Under the pieces are notes generated by a model. It searched no databases. It was not told where the DNA came from and worked only from the letters and a program-made list of their open reading frames with translations. Below, one piece after another: positions 1 to 10,281 of a stretch of DNA of 61,290 nucleotides (position 1 is its first letter; every line of letters begins with the position of its first letter). The DNA is from Candidatus Marsarchaeota archaeon (GTDB lineage Archaea; Micrarchaeota; Micrarchaeia; Micrarchaeales; CABMGC01), in NCBI GenBank assembly GCA_023476545.1, contig JAMCYP010000023.1, forward strand, positions 1-61,290. Reading direction: 5' to 3'. The position numbers and the translations under genes were made by a program.

Positions 1-1832
1 GGCCAGCGATGTACATCGGCACCACGGGCAGCGCTGGCGTCCTCCACCTTCTATTCGAAGTGCTTGACAACTCTGTTGATGAAGCTCTGGCAGGCTACGC
101 AAAGAGCATATCGATCAAACTCTCCCAGGATGAAACGGGGGACATCGCAGAGGTCAGCGACGACGGCAGGGGCATACCTGTGGGAATGATGCCCAAATTC
201 AACAAGAGCGCGCTCGAAGTCATCATGACCACACTCCACAAGGGTGCGAAGTTCAACAACGACACCTACAAAATATCAGGAGGGCTCCATGGGGTGGGAC
301 TGACTGTTGTCAACGCGCTGTCTGAGTTCACGGAGGTCACAGTAAGGAGAGAGGGCAACACCTACAAGCAGAACTTTGCAAGAGGGCTGCCGCAGGGCGA
401 CATCCAAACAACCGGTCCTGCAACAGACACAGGAACCACGATACGTTTCAAGCCCGATGGCGAGATATTCCCTGCGCTCAAGTTTGACTCGTCGCTTCTC
501 AAGGACAGGCTCAGGTACCTGGGCTTTCTAAACCCGAAGCTCAAGATAACACTTATTGATGACAGGTCAAACGACCACGAGGAAGAGGTGTTCTTCTCTG
601 AAAAGGGGATGGAGGACTTCATGGGCTACCTCAACGCGGGCCAACAGTCGATTACAAGCATAATTCACGAAAAACGGCAGGAGAGCGGCATTGTTGTTGA
701 GTTCGCAGTGCAGTACGTCAACTCCTACGACGAGCGCATGGAATCCTTTGTCAACAACATAAGAACCATGGAGGGAGGCACGCACGTCAGCGGATTTCAC
801 TCAGGACTTTCGCGAGCGGTCGTCAACTATATCTCCAAGAACAGCAAGAACGGCTCCAAAATATCCGGGGAGGATACGCGCGAAGGGCTGAGCGCCATAG
901 TGAGCGTACTGATGCCAAATCCTGAGTTTGAGGGGCAGACCAAGGAGAAGCTTGGCAACCAGACCATGAAGAGCCTGGTGGAGAGCGTCGTGTACTCTAC
1001 AATGAGCAGGTACCTGGAAGAGCACCCCGGCGACGCCAAGGGGATAATAAGCAAAGCGGAGAGCGCGATGAACGCCAGGGAGAGCGCAAGGCGCGCGAGA
1101 GACCTTGCAAGGAAGAAGAGCATCTTCGAGAACGCGGTTCTACCAGGCAAGCTGGCAGACTGCATAGAGAGCGACCCGGAGAAGGCAGAGCTCTTCATAG
1201 TAGAGGGGCAGAGCGCAGGAGGCTCGAGCAAGGAGGGTAGGGACAAGCAGATACAGGCAATACTCCCTCTTAGGGGCAAGATCCTCAACGTTGAGAAGGC
1301 AAGCGATGAGCGCATATTCCAGAGCGCAGAGATAAACACGCTTGTGACCGCGCTCGGCACTGGTATACGAGAGACCTTTAACGCAGAGAAGACCAGGTAC
1401 AAGAAGATAATCATAATGAGCGACGCGGATGTTGACGGAAGCCACATCCGAACGCTCCTACTGACCTTCTTCTACAGGTTCATGAAGAAACTGATAGAGC
1501 AAGGCTGCGTCTACATAGCACAGCCGCCCCTGTACAAGGCGTCAGCAGGCAAAGCATCCGCATATGCGTATACCGACCAGGAGCTTGAACAGCTGAGGCC
1601 CAAGCTTGGAGAGAAGATGGAGGTGCAGAGGTACAAGGGCCTCGGAGAGATGAACGCCGAACAGCTCTGGGAGACCACGATGAACCCAGCAAACAGGGTG
1701 TTGAAGCAGGTGACCGTTGCCGACGCCGCCCGTGCCGACAGGCTCTTCTCGATACTCATGGGTGTTGACGTACCGCAGAGGAGAAAGTTCCTGGAGGAAC
1801 ACTCCGGAGACGTCAGGTTCCTTGACATATGA
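1..1832 (+). CDS. gyrB: DNA gyrase subunit B (5' end cut by window edge)
   Basis: ORF 9..1832. Reads from the GHKL ATPase region (LHLLFEVLDNSVDEA). Has 'VEGQSAGGS' and the Toprim motif 'IMSDADVDGSHI', plus 'PPLYK' and 'GLGEMN'. Immediately followed by gyrA. The N-terminal ~30 aa lie outside the window. Confidence 0.95.
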   Translation, partial: PAMYIGTTGSAGVLHLLFEVLDNSVDEALAGYAKSISIKLSQDETGDIAEVSDDGRGIPVGMMPKFNKSALEVIMTTLHKGAKFNNDTYKISGGLHGVGLTVVNALSEFTEVTVRREGNTYKQNFARGLPQGDIQTTGPATDTGTTIRFKPDGEIFPALKFDSSLLKDRLRYLGFLNPKLKITLIDDRSNDHEEEVFFSEKGMEDFMGYLNAGQQSITSIIHEKRQESGIVVEFAVQYVNSYDERMESFVNNIRTMEGGTHVSGFHSGLSRAVVNYISKNSKNGSKISGEDTREGLSAIVSVLMPNPEFEGQTKEKLGNQTMKSLVESVVYSTMSRYLEEHPGDAKGIISKAESAMNARESARRARDLARKKSIFENAVLPGKLADCIESDPEKAELFIVEGQSAGGSSKEGRDKQIQAILPLRGKILNVEKASDERIFQSAEINTLVTALGTGIRETFNAEKTRYKKIIIMSDADVDGSHIRTLLLTFFYRFMKKLIEQGCVYIAQPPLYKASAGKASAYAYTDQELEQLRPKLGEKMEVQRYKGLGEMNAEQLWETTMNPANRVLKQVTVADAARADRLFSILMGVDVPQRRKFLEEHSGDVRFLDI

Positions 1833-1841
1833 GGCGAATGC

Positions 1842-4286
1842 TTGTCTAAAGTCACTAGTGTCGTATTGGAAGAGGAGCTGCAGTCCAGCTACCTTGACTA
1901 CGCGATGAGCGTAATCATAGACCGAGCCATCCCTGACGCGCGCGACGGCCTCAAACCAGTACAGCGCAGGATCCTCTACGCCATGTACAAGATCAACAAC
2001 ATCCACTCCCAGCCAACGAAGAAGAGCGCGAGAGTCGTAGGTGAGGTTATTGGAAAGTTCCACCCCCATGGCGACATACCCATATACGACGCGCTGGTAA
2101 GGATGGCCCAGCCGTTTTCCATGAACCACACGTTGGTTGAAGGCCAGGGCAACTTCGGATCTGTGGATGGCGACCCTCCGGCGGCAATGCGTTATACCGA
2201 GGTCAGGCTCTCAAAGATGGCAGACGATCTGCTGGCGGACCTTGACAAGGAAACTGTCAAGTTCCTGCCAAACTTCGACAACACGGAGGAAGAGCCTGAG
2301 GTGCTCCCCACCAAGCTACCAAACCTTCTGATAAACGGCGCCGCGGGAATAGCAGTAGGCGTAGCGACCAACATCCCGCCGCACAATCTTTCAGAAGTAT
2401 GCGACGCCGTGCTGCATCTCATCGACCACAAAGAAGCCACTGTCGAGGAACTGCTGGAGATAATCAAGGGCCCCGACTTTCCTACAGGAGGGACCGCAAT
2501 AATGAGCCAGAACTCCACACAGGGCTACAAATACGGACGCGGCCAGGTGACGGTCCGCGGCAAGGCTGTAATAGAAGATAACGGGTCCAGGATAAGGATA
2601 AACGAGATTCCGTATAATGTCAACAAGGCGAACCTCGTAGAGACCATAGCGAACCTGGCGAGGGAGAAGCGCGTGCAGGGAATCAGGGACATACGCGACG
2701 AGACAGACAGGACCGGGCTCAGCGTCGTCATAGATCTCTCCAGAGACGCAAACGCGGAGCAGATACTCAACCAGCTATACAGACACACGCAACTTGAGAT
2801 GACCGTGCCGCTCATAAGCCTGGCCATCCAGGGCAGAATACTCAAGAGCTTCAGCCTGATACAGATGATCAACGCGTTCATAGCCCACAGGCGCGACGTG
2901 GTGACAAAGAGGAGCGCGTTCGAGCTCGGCGTGGCAAAGAACCGCATGCACATTGTCGAAGGACTCATCATAGCGGTCTCAAGGATATCGGAGGTGATAA
3001 AGACCATAAAAGAGAGCAGGGAGACCGCAGAAGCGCGAGCCAACCTCATCTCAGGCTTCGGGCTTACGGAGAAGCAGGCCAACGCCATACTGGACATGCG
3101 CCTGGGGAAGCTGACCCTGCTGGAGAGCGACGCCATGAACAAGGAGAGGCAGGAACTCAACGATACGATAAAGTACTACACTGAAGTGCTCGCGGACCCC
3201 GCCAAGATCGACTCGATAATCAAGGAAGAGACAAGGGAGATGAAGAAGAGGTACGGCAGGCCCAGGCGCACCGAGATACTCCACATGGAGCAACAGCTCG
3301 AGATAACAGACGAGGACCTGATAGACAACAATGAGGTGAGCGTCATCTTGACCAACTCCGGCTACGTCAAGAGGATGGGAATAGAGAGCTACAAGGAGCA
3401 GGACAGGGGAGGCAAGGGCATAATCGCAATGAACCTGAAGGCGGACGACTTCGTTAAGCACATGATAACCCCAAGGAACAAGGACTACATAATGTTCGTC
3501 TCCAACAAGGGCAGGGCCTACTGGCTAAAGGCATACAACATACCCGAGGGCAGCAGGTACTCGGAAGGAAGGGCGATAGTCAACCTCCTGAACATCCATG
3601 ACGAGAAGATAGTGACTATGTTTAAGATAAACGATTTTGAGAAAGCGAGCATAATCTTCCTCACTACAAAAGGGCTGGTGAAGAAGACCGATGCCGCTCT
3701 CTTCTCAAGACCCAGAATAACCGGCGTGAGAGCCGTCTCGCTCAACGATGGCGACGAGATAGCTGACGTTATCGTCATGCGCGAACAGAAGTACCTTGTC
3801 ATAGCCACGAAGAACGGTAAATCGATACGTTTTGACGAGAATGATGTACGGTCTATGGGAAGATCTGCCGCCGGAGTGCACGGCATAAGGCTGCACGACG
3901 GTGACGTTGCAAAGAACCTCATAGCAGCAAATGAGGAAGGCAGCATACTCACCGTGTCGGAGAAGGGCTACGGAAAGATAACCGAGATCGGCGAGTACAG
4001 GATGCAGGGCAGGGGAGGCGGAGGGGTCCTGAACCTCAAGACAAACGATAAGACTGGCCCTGTGGCCAAGGCGTTATTCGTGAGCAAGGAAACAAAACTG
4101 CTCCTGATAAATTCCAAGGGAGTAAGCATCATGATACCGATAGCGTCTATTCGGGTTACGGGCAGGGCAGCGAGTGGGGTCAGACTGATGAAGGTAGAAC
4201 CCGGAGCCAAAGTCATAGATGCAAGATTGATGGAAGATGGTGTATCTATGCAGGCAGCACCAGATGCAGCCGGTCAAGTAACATAG
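1842..4286 (+). CDS. gyrA: DNA gyrase subunit A
   Basis: 814 aa. Motifs '[33 protein letters not shown]' and 'GKFHPHGD'. Active-site Tyr context 'AAMRYTE'. C-terminal beta-pinwheel repeats. TTG start is forced: no in-frame ATG lies before the conserved N-terminus. Confidence 0.95.
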   Translation: MSKVTSVVLEEELQSSYLDYAMSVIIDRAIPDARDGLKPVQRRILYAMYKINNIHSQPTKKSARVVGEVIGKFHPHGDIPIYDALVRMAQPFSMNHTLVEGQGNFGSVDGDPPAAMRYTEVRLSKMADDLLADLDKETVKFLPNFDNTEEEPEVLPTKLPNLLINGAAGIAVGVATNIPPHNLSEVCDAVLHLIDHKEATVEELLEIIKGPDFPTGGTAIMSQNSTQGYKYGRGQVTVRGKAVIEDNGSRIRINEIPYNVNKANLVETIANLAREKRVQGIRDIRDETDRTGLSVVIDLSRDANAEQILNQLYRHTQLEMTVPLISLAIQGRILKSFSLIQMINAFIAHRRDVVTKRSAFELGVAKNRMHIVEGLIIAVSRISEVIKTIKESRETAEARANLISGFGLTEKQANAILDMRLGKLTLLESDAMNKERQELNDTIKYYTEVLADPAKIDSIIKEETREMKKRYGRPRRTEILHMEQQLEITDEDLIDNNEVSVILTNSGYVKRMGIESYKEQDRGGKGIIAMNLKADDFVKHMITPRNKDYIMFVSNKGRAYWLKAYNIPEGSRYSEGRAIVNLLNIHDEKIVTMFKINDFEKASIIFLTTKGLVKKTDAALFSRPRITGVRAVSLNDGDEIADVIVMREQKYLVIATKNGKSIRFDENDVRSMGRSAAGVHGIRLHDGDVAKNLIAANEEGSILTVSEKGYGKITEIGEYRMQGRGGGGVLNLKTNDKTGPVAKALFVSKETKLLLINSKGVSIMIPIASIRVTGRAASGVRLMKVEPGAKVIDARLMEDGVSMQAAPDAAGQVT

Positions 4287-4292
4287 CTGTAC

Positions 4293-5066
4293 TCAGAATC
4301 GTCTTTCTAGATGTGCCAGCTCATCGAAAGCCATCACAACTGCCGGGACCAACGGCCACCTGCCGTTGTACTTTCGAACCAGATTCAGATCTTTAGCATT
4401 TTGGCGCTGAATTTCATCCTCTTTTTCCCCATTTGCCTTTCTCTCTTCTTCTGGGTAATTAGGCACTAGTATTTCGTTTACTCCGAGGGTCTGTAAATTT
4501 GTTGCAAATCCTTCTACATGACCTACGTGCGTTACGACCGCGGGGGCCTTTCCAAGATTCGCCACCCGCGTCATATCTGCCGCAACTACATCTGCAAACC
4601 ACGCCTCTCTGTCGCTTACGAGCCACCTTCTCAAAGCAGAAAATTCTCTTTTTTGCTCCGAAATCGCAAAGTTAGATTCCGTATCCAAGGTACTTCTCGT
4701 CCAATCTATAAATCTCATCGTGTAGAAATCTCTGAATCTCATATCTTGATCTAGGCCGTGTATTTCGCAACCGCACTCCCAAGCGGTCTGAAAGAGTGGT
4801 TTATAGTGCTCGTCCGGAGCCCAGTGTGATGATAGGTTTATCCGAGACCAGAGACCGGCAAAGTTCATATCGCCGTCGGATGAAAGTTTTGTGCCCCGAT
4901 CAACGATGCCTTGCGGGAGGCATTCAAAATACACAACAAGGCTATTTTGTGGCTGTTCCTGTATGAGCCTCGCCACTCTCTCTTCTGATTTCTCTTCGCT
5001 ATGGTTCTCTTGAAGGACAAGTACCTTTGCCATGTTAAGTGTTGTCTTTTCCCTCCTTAAATACAT
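4293..5066 (-). CDS. hypothetical protein (lower-GC islet)
   Basis: 257-aa ORF. A more likely start is the internal ATG at 5033 (MAKVLVLQENH...). No motif I can name with confidence. A faint ChaN/Tiki-like pattern ('VLVLQENH' ... 'THVGHVEG') is only a guess. GC is visibly lower than in the flanking genes. Confidence 0.55.
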   Translation of the reverse strand: MYLRREKTTLNMAKVLVLQENHSEEKSEERVARLIQEQPQNSLVVYFECLPQGIVDRGTKLSSDGDMNFAGLWSRINLSSHWAPDEHYKPLFQTAWECGCEIHGLDQDMRFRDFYTMRFIDWTRSTLDTESNFAISEQKREFSALRRWLVSDREAWFADVVAADMTRVANLGKAPAVVTHVGHVEGFATNLQTLGVNEILVPNYPEEERKANGEKEDEIQRQNAKDLNLVRKYNGRWPLVPAVVMAFDELAHLERRF

Positions 5067-5083
5067 TCACATTAAGGTAGAAA

Positions 5084-5830
5084 TTACTTGGACCTCAGAT
5101 GGTTGCCGCCATTGACGTAAACCTCTTCGCCATTAAGGTATTCTGCTTCTTCGGAGTCTAGGTAGTAGATTACTCTCGCCACATCTTCAGGGGTACAATT
5201 TCTCCCCAACGGATTTTCTTTTGCCATCTTCTCCCATCCTGCATCGTCAACCCCCCACGGATCCCAAAGGGGCGTTCTGGTAACTCCGGGGTTCACCGAA
5301 TGAGTTCTTATTCCATATTTTGCTAGTGCAACTGCACACGTTTTTGTGAAATTCATCTTTGCCGCTTCAGCAGCTGCTGCTGCTGGAAAAGAAGGCTGCG
5401 CCTCATATGCCCAAGAAGATGTAATATTGATTATTGTAGATCTCTTTGCGGCTTTGAGCAAGGGCAGGGCGTTTTTAGTTAGCAAAAAGGTTCCCATCAC
5501 TCTTACTCCAAACGTCTCTTCCCACCTGTCTGATGTAATCTTCTCTATAGAAGTAAGGTAATCCACCGCTGCGTTATTTATCAGGAGATTCAGTTTACCG
5601 TGCCGCCTTCTGATTTTGTCAGTCAACTTTTTGATTTGTTCTTCTTTTCTGACGTCGAGAAGCTCAAGTGACACATTCTCGTTTTTCTTAAAAGTTTTCT
5701 CAGCAAGCGTTTTATCTTTCAAGTATGTAGCGTACACAAAATAATTGTGCTCAGAAAGAAAACGCGTAATTCCCGCACCTATGCCTCTTGAAGCCCCAGT
5801 TACTAAGGCTGTCTTCATCCCATTCACCAC
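5084..5830 (-). CDS. short-chain dehydrogenase/reductase (SDR) family protein, catalytic YxxxK not recognisable
   Basis: N-terminal 'TALVTGASRGIGAGI' (TGxxxGxG), 'NNAAV', Ser region 'ITSSWAY' and 'GIRTHSVNPG'. The expected YxxxK segment reads 'PAAAAAEAAK'. Confidence 0.8.
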   Translation of the reverse strand: MVNGMKTALVTGASRGIGAGITRFLSEHNYFVYATYLKDKTLAEKTFKKNENVSLELLDVRKEEQIKKLTDKIRRRHGKLNLLINNAAVDYLTSIEKITSDRWEETFGVRVMGTFLLTKNALPLLKAAKRSTIINITSSWAYEAQPSFPAAAAAEAAKMNFTKTCAVALAKYGIRTHSVNPGVTRTPLWDPWGVDDAGWEKMAKENPLGRNCTPEDVARVIYYLDSEEAEYLNGEEVYVNGGNHLRSK

Positions 5831-5914
5831 TAGGCACTGTGTCTAGCAGGCTTAATATAGCTACTTCCAGTACTTCTTGGTCCTGACGAAGTTCTTCTGC
5901 GCCTCGAGTATGTG

Positions 5915-8629
5915 TCACTTGAACTGCCTGTGGCTCTTTCTCAGCAGTTTCAGCATCCGTGCAGCCGTAGAAGCTCCGACTCCGTATACCGACAGCGCCG
6001 CGACCGCCCTGCTGCCATAAGCGTCCACCAACCCCGCCTCAATCATTGCCTCTTTGTACTGCCTGTTCTCAATGTGACCTAGTTCCTTGCCAGCAATCTT
6101 CTTGCGTATCGCCCCGGATTTCTGTTCGTTTCCCATGCACACCATGGGGCTCTTGCACTTTGGGCACGCAACCTTCTCGTCCTTCTTTACGTGCACCTGC
6201 TTCGAGAATTCAAAGCCGCAGTACGTGCACAAAAGCTCGGCCTTTTTGCCGTCTATCTTCTGCTCCATCTCGTTTATGGTCGCCTCATCCGGCATGACCG
6301 GCAGGAGCAGCTCCCGGTAAGCGTACGTCGCCTTCATTATCTCCTCTGCCAGCGGGGACGCGTTTCCTTCGAGGATGCTTATTCGAAAGGCGCCGCTGTG
6401 CAGCCCCTCAATAAACTCCATCGCGCTTGCCAGGTCAAAGTAGTTCTTCTTCAGGTCGCGCACCGTCTCTTCTGCAATAGGCGAGTCTCTGTAGAACCTG
6501 ACCAGCCTGTCCGTGTTGCTTTTTGTTACCGTCGCCTTCTTCTCCACGATTCCGAACAGCTTGCAAACCTGCACAAACTTGTATCTGAATAGATCCGTGC
6601 TTGCGATGAAGCTGTCGCTGTTTATTATTGCGCTAAGGTCGTAGTTCTTTATCGTCTCGAATACCTTCTTCATGCTTGGCCTGCGCTTTACGCCCCCGAA
6701 GTCCATTATCAGGGCATACGGTGTTGCCCTTACCGAGACCCTGCCTCCGGAAGACTGCGCGGCCACGTATCCGACAACCTTTCCCAGAAACTCGTTCGCC
6801 AGCTTGCCAAGGGCCATGTGAGCCACCGCATAACCTTCAAGTTCCTCAATCACAAGTTTGTCCTCAGAAGGCAGGAAGCGCAGCTTTTGGGAGTCTATGA
6901 ACTTCACCACGTTATCGTAGGTAGGCTTTCCTATTATGTCTCCATGCACATCAACCCCTTTCTCCAGCACCTTGTAAACGCCCTTCGCCGTAGAGCTCGA
7001 AACGGGTATGTCTTCGCCTTCCCAGTCAGGCACAGCGGCCTCGAACTCGTCGCTCTGCTCTACGAACACCACGTCCTTGTCAACGCTGACGACCTTCCAG
7101 GGCAGGCCCTTCGTTATGAACGTAGCTCCCTCCTCAAGGTAGTTTGTGGCAAACTGCTCGTCCACGGTAGATATTATCCTGTTCCCCACGGTGCTCTTGA
7201 CATAGAAGCGTACGGTGTCTGGTATTACGCTTATGTTTGAGAAGAAGTAGCCTCTGGACCTGTAGCCTATGCTTGCGCTGCCGTCTTTTAGCCTTATCAG
7301 ACGCTCACCGTCCAAGAACGAGGCGACCTTCTCGAACTCTTTTGCGCCCAGGTTCGCATAAGGAGCAGAACGCCTCACTATCTCCAGCATCTTCTCCACA
7401 CGTATCTTCTTGTACTCTAGGACCATCGCACATAGCTGATTTGCAAGCACATCAAGCGCGTTCTCCTCAATTCGCGGCCTCTCGACCTCGCCCCTGCGTG
7501 TCTGTTCTATCACCGAGAGCGACTCCAGCGCTTCTATGTTGTTTGCTACGATGACCTTTCCGTACGAGACCTCCTTCTCCCTGTGGCCCCCTCTTCCGAT
7601 CCTCTGGATCAGGCGCGTCACCTGTCTTGGAGAGCCGTACTGTATTACGAGGTTTATCGAGCCAATGTCTATTCCGAGCTCAAGCGAGCTCGTGGCTATT
7701 ATGCTTTTTACCTGACCCTCCTTGAACTCATTCTCCACCTTTATCCTTTCTTCCTTATCGAGAGAGCTATGGTGCACCCCGATTCCACCGAAAGGCTCGA
7801 TCCTGTTGAAGTACACAAGCTTGCTGCCAAGAGACTCCACCACCTGTCTGGTGTTTGCGAATATGAGCGTTGACGCAGACTCTTTTACAAGTTCCGACAC
7901 TCTCTCTATCCTTGCCACGGTCTGCTGGTCAAGGTTGAACTTCTGGCTGAACTCCACATACGTGCGCGTTGGTTGGTGAGGCATCTCTATACTCACCCTG
8001 ATGTCCTTCTCGCCTTTGGCATCGATTATCTTGCAGGCGCGGGAGTTGCAGAGGAACCTGCGTGCTTCGTCGCTGTTCCCCAAGGTGGCGCTTATTCCTA
8101 TGCGCTGATACCCTTTTGCCAGCTCCTCTAGGCGTTCCAGCGCAACCGCTAGCTGTGCGCCTCTCTTGTTTGCGTAGAGCTCATGTATCTCGTCTACCAC
8201 GACCGCCTCAACATTCCCCAGCGCATTTCTGAGCCGCTGGGAAAGAAAGAGGTTCTGCAGGGTTTCAGGCGTGGTGATCAGTATCTGCGGAGGTGTAGCT
8301 GCCTGAAGCTGCCTCTCCTTCGTGGGCGTGTCCCCGTGTCTGACCGATATGGTCATTCCCGCCTCCTTGGCCAGGAGGTCAAGGCGCTTCATCATGTCCC
8401 TGTTAAGCGCCCTGAGCGGGGTTATGTACATAAGGCGTATGCCTCTCTTATCTTTCTCTTTTCCGAACCGGTTCAGGAGAGGCAGGACCGCAGCCTCTGT
8501 CTTTCCGCTTCCAGTCGGTGCGGTAATTATGCAGTTTTCGCCTTTCTCCACGTGCTCGAAAGCAGCCTTCTGCACATCGGTCAGGCTGCCAAACCGCGAC
8601 AGGAATAGCTCGTACATGTCCGTGGCCAT
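5915..8629 (-). CDS. Lhr-type DEAD/DEAH-box ATP-dependent helicase
   Basis: 904 aa. Walker A 'APTGSGKTEAA' and DExH box 'VVDEIHEL'. Helicase C motifs 'HHSSL' and 'QRIGRGGH'. C-terminal Zn ribbon 'CTYCG..CPKCKSPMVC' and an HhH-like 'GVGASTAARMLKLL'. Confidence 0.85.
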   Translation of the reverse strand: MATDMYELFLSRFGSLTDVQKAAFEHVEKGENCIITAPTGSGKTEAAVLPLLNRFGKEKDKRGIRLMYITPLRALNRDMMKRLDLLAKEAGMTISVRHGDTPTKERQLQAATPPQILITTPETLQNLFLSQRLRNALGNVEAVVVDEIHELYANKRGAQLAVALERLEELAKGYQRIGISATLGNSDEARRFLCNSRACKIIDAKGEKDIRVSIEMPHQPTRTYVEFSQKFNLDQQTVARIERVSELVKESASTLIFANTRQVVESLGSKLVYFNRIEPFGGIGVHHSSLDKEERIKVENEFKEGQVKSIIATSSLELGIDIGSINLVIQYGSPRQVTRLIQRIGRGGHREKEVSYGKVIVANNIEALESLSVIEQTRRGEVERPRIEENALDVLANQLCAMVLEYKKIRVEKMLEIVRRSAPYANLGAKEFEKVASFLDGERLIRLKDGSASIGYRSRGYFFSNISVIPDTVRFYVKSTVGNRIISTVDEQFATNYLEEGATFITKGLPWKVVSVDKDVVFVEQSDEFEAAVPDWEGEDIPVSSSTAKGVYKVLEKGVDVHGDIIGKPTYDNVVKFIDSQKLRFLPSEDKLVIEELEGYAVAHMALGKLANEFLGKVVGYVAAQSSGGRVSVRATPYALIMDFGGVKRRPSMKKVFETIKNYDLSAIINSDSFIASTDLFRYKFVQVCKLFGIVEKKATVTKSNTDRLVRFYRDSPIAEETVRDLKKNYFDLASAMEFIEGLHSGAFRISILEGNASPLAEEIMKATYAYRELLLPVMPDEATINEMEQKIDGKKAELLCTYCGFEFSKQVHVKKDEKVACPKCKSPMVCMGNEQKSGAIRKKIAGKELGHIENRQYKEAMIEAGLVDAYGSRAVAALSVYGVGASTAARMLKLLRKSHRQFK

Positions 8630-8640
8630 GGCCTTTAGCC

Positions 8641-10281
8641 TTATCCAAGCGGGATGAACGCGCTTCCCGCGAGCGTGCTGGTGGAGTTGGATGAGGTGTA
8701 GTTAAGGCTTAGACCTAGATGCAGGTTAAGGGAGATGCCGCTGAGCGGAGTCGTGACGTTATAGCAATGGGTGGTGATGTTGTACGACTCGCCAGCAGCG
8801 AGAGTTGCGTTGAGCGGCACTGGGAATACTCCCGCATTGATATAGCACTTGACACTGTTCAGCACGGCGGTGCTGCTCATGTTGTTCGTTATCCTAAATG
8901 TGGCCGTGCCGTTGTTGTACGTCATGTTGCTGCATGAGAATGAGTTGTTGAACGCGCACGTGTTGACTATGCCAGACTTGAACGCCAGCGATACTCCTGT
9001 TACGTTAAGTGACTGGAGCATGGACGCTGCAGAGTATACTTGAGAGATCGCGCTCGACGCGTTAATCAGCGAAAATGCGGTGAGGTTGTATGCGCCCACA
9101 TACGCTGTCGTCCTTATCAGTGCGATTCCGTCCAGCCGCTTCGATTTCGCGAATATGTAGGTGCTGCAGTATGAGGTATTTCCTACGTTTCTTATTAGGC
9201 CTATGCACGACGGGTTCCTCGGCCCGCTCACGTTCGATATGGTGTCATACACGAAAGAGGAGTTGTTTATCAGAGACAGTCTCGCCAGAGAATCGCCTGT
9301 TCCGCTGGTGGAGCTGTAGTTTCCCAGCAAGGTCGCGTTAGCTATAGAAAGGCGGCTCCCAAACTCGTTTCCCAGGCCGCCGGAGTGTATCTCGCTCTTG
9401 TTTGCCGCGGTGGCATTTATAATGAGATAGCAGCTCTGCCCGTTCTCCTCAGCAAGTATCTTTATCCAACCTCCAGAGTACCATCCGCAGAACGTGGTAT
9501 CGTTCAGCATCTTGATGAATGTCACGTCTCCTGCAGACGTGGTGACGTTTGTCGTGCTCAAGCTGGAGCCGAAGGTAGCTGCGGCGAAGATGTTTGGCGA
9601 CAGGTAACCCTTGATCCATACAGAGTACGCCTGCGACGCGTTCGTCGAGTATGTGGCTTCTGCCACGGAGATGTTCTTGATGTAATAGGATGTGAGGTTA
9701 AGCACAGGCTTAAGGAAGCTGTCAATCTGCCCGTTGCCCGTAAGCGTGAATCCGCTTACGTTAAACTGGTCAAAGAGGTACGTGCCGAGCAGATATGCCC
9801 CGTTCGTCAGCGATGCCTGCCTGAACGATGTGATGTTTTCCTTTGGGAGCAGCGCTGAAGGCGTAGCGTTCTCAGCAGCCACAACATCTACCGACGCGCT
9901 GGCCGATGCCTGAGACCTGTCTGCTATGGCGTACAGCTTGCCAGGGTCCGCAACCACCTGTATCGTATAGTTGCCCGCCTCTGTGGGCGAGTAGTTGTAC
10001 GCTATTGAGCTCTCCTTTCCAGCTGGCAGAGTTGCCTTATAGAGCGTGCTCAGATTTCCGTTGACAAGGATTCCCAAGCTCATGTTCTCAATCGCGCTGC
10101 TGCCGTTGTTGAATATGTTTATTGTGAACGCGGCCTTCTGGTACGGGTAGATTGTTGCGTTAGAAGCGGGGCTGATGCCTATTGCCACGCTTATTGTTGA
10201 TTGGTAAAAATAACGCACGTAAAGAGCCGCGGCTGCGATCACGAGCACCAAGGCGACCCAAAGATAGATCTCTCTCTTCAC
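8641..10281 (-). CDS. secreted/surface glycoprotein candidate (S-layer-like), very rich in N-glycosylation sequons
   Basis: The ORF-track start at 10383 would overlap the upstream gene. A GTG at 10281 overlaps that gene's TAG (TAGTG) and is followed by a TM/signal segment 'IYLWVALVLVIAAAALYV'. I counted about 34 N-x-S/T sequons by hand in about 546 aa. Composition is Ser/Thr/Asn/Ala-rich. Confidence 0.7.
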   Translation of the reverse strand: MKREIYLWVALVLVIAAAALYVRYFYQSTISVAIGISPASNATIYPYQKAAFTINIFNNGSSAIENMSLGILVNGNLSTLYKATLPAGKESSIAYNYSPTEAGNYTIQVVADPGKLYAIADRSQASASASVDVVAAENATPSALLPKENITSFRQASLTNGAYLLGTYLFDQFNVSGFTLTGNGQIDSFLKPVLNLTSYYIKNISVAEATYSTNASQAYSVWIKGYLSPNIFAAATFGSSLSTTNVTTSAGDVTFIKMLNDTTFCGWYSGGWIKILAEENGQSCYLIINATAANKSEIHSGGLGNEFGSRLSIANATLLGNYSSTSGTGDSLARLSLINNSSFVYDTISNVSGPRNPSCIGLIRNVGNTSYCSTYIFAKSKRLDGIALIRTTAYVGAYNLTAFSLINASSAISQVYSAASMLQSLNVTGVSLAFKSGIVNTCAFNNSFSCSNMTYNNGTATFRITNNMSSTAVLNSVKCYINAGVFPVPLNATLAAGESYNITTHCYNVTTPLSGISLNLHLGLSLNYTSSNSTSTLAGSAFIPLG

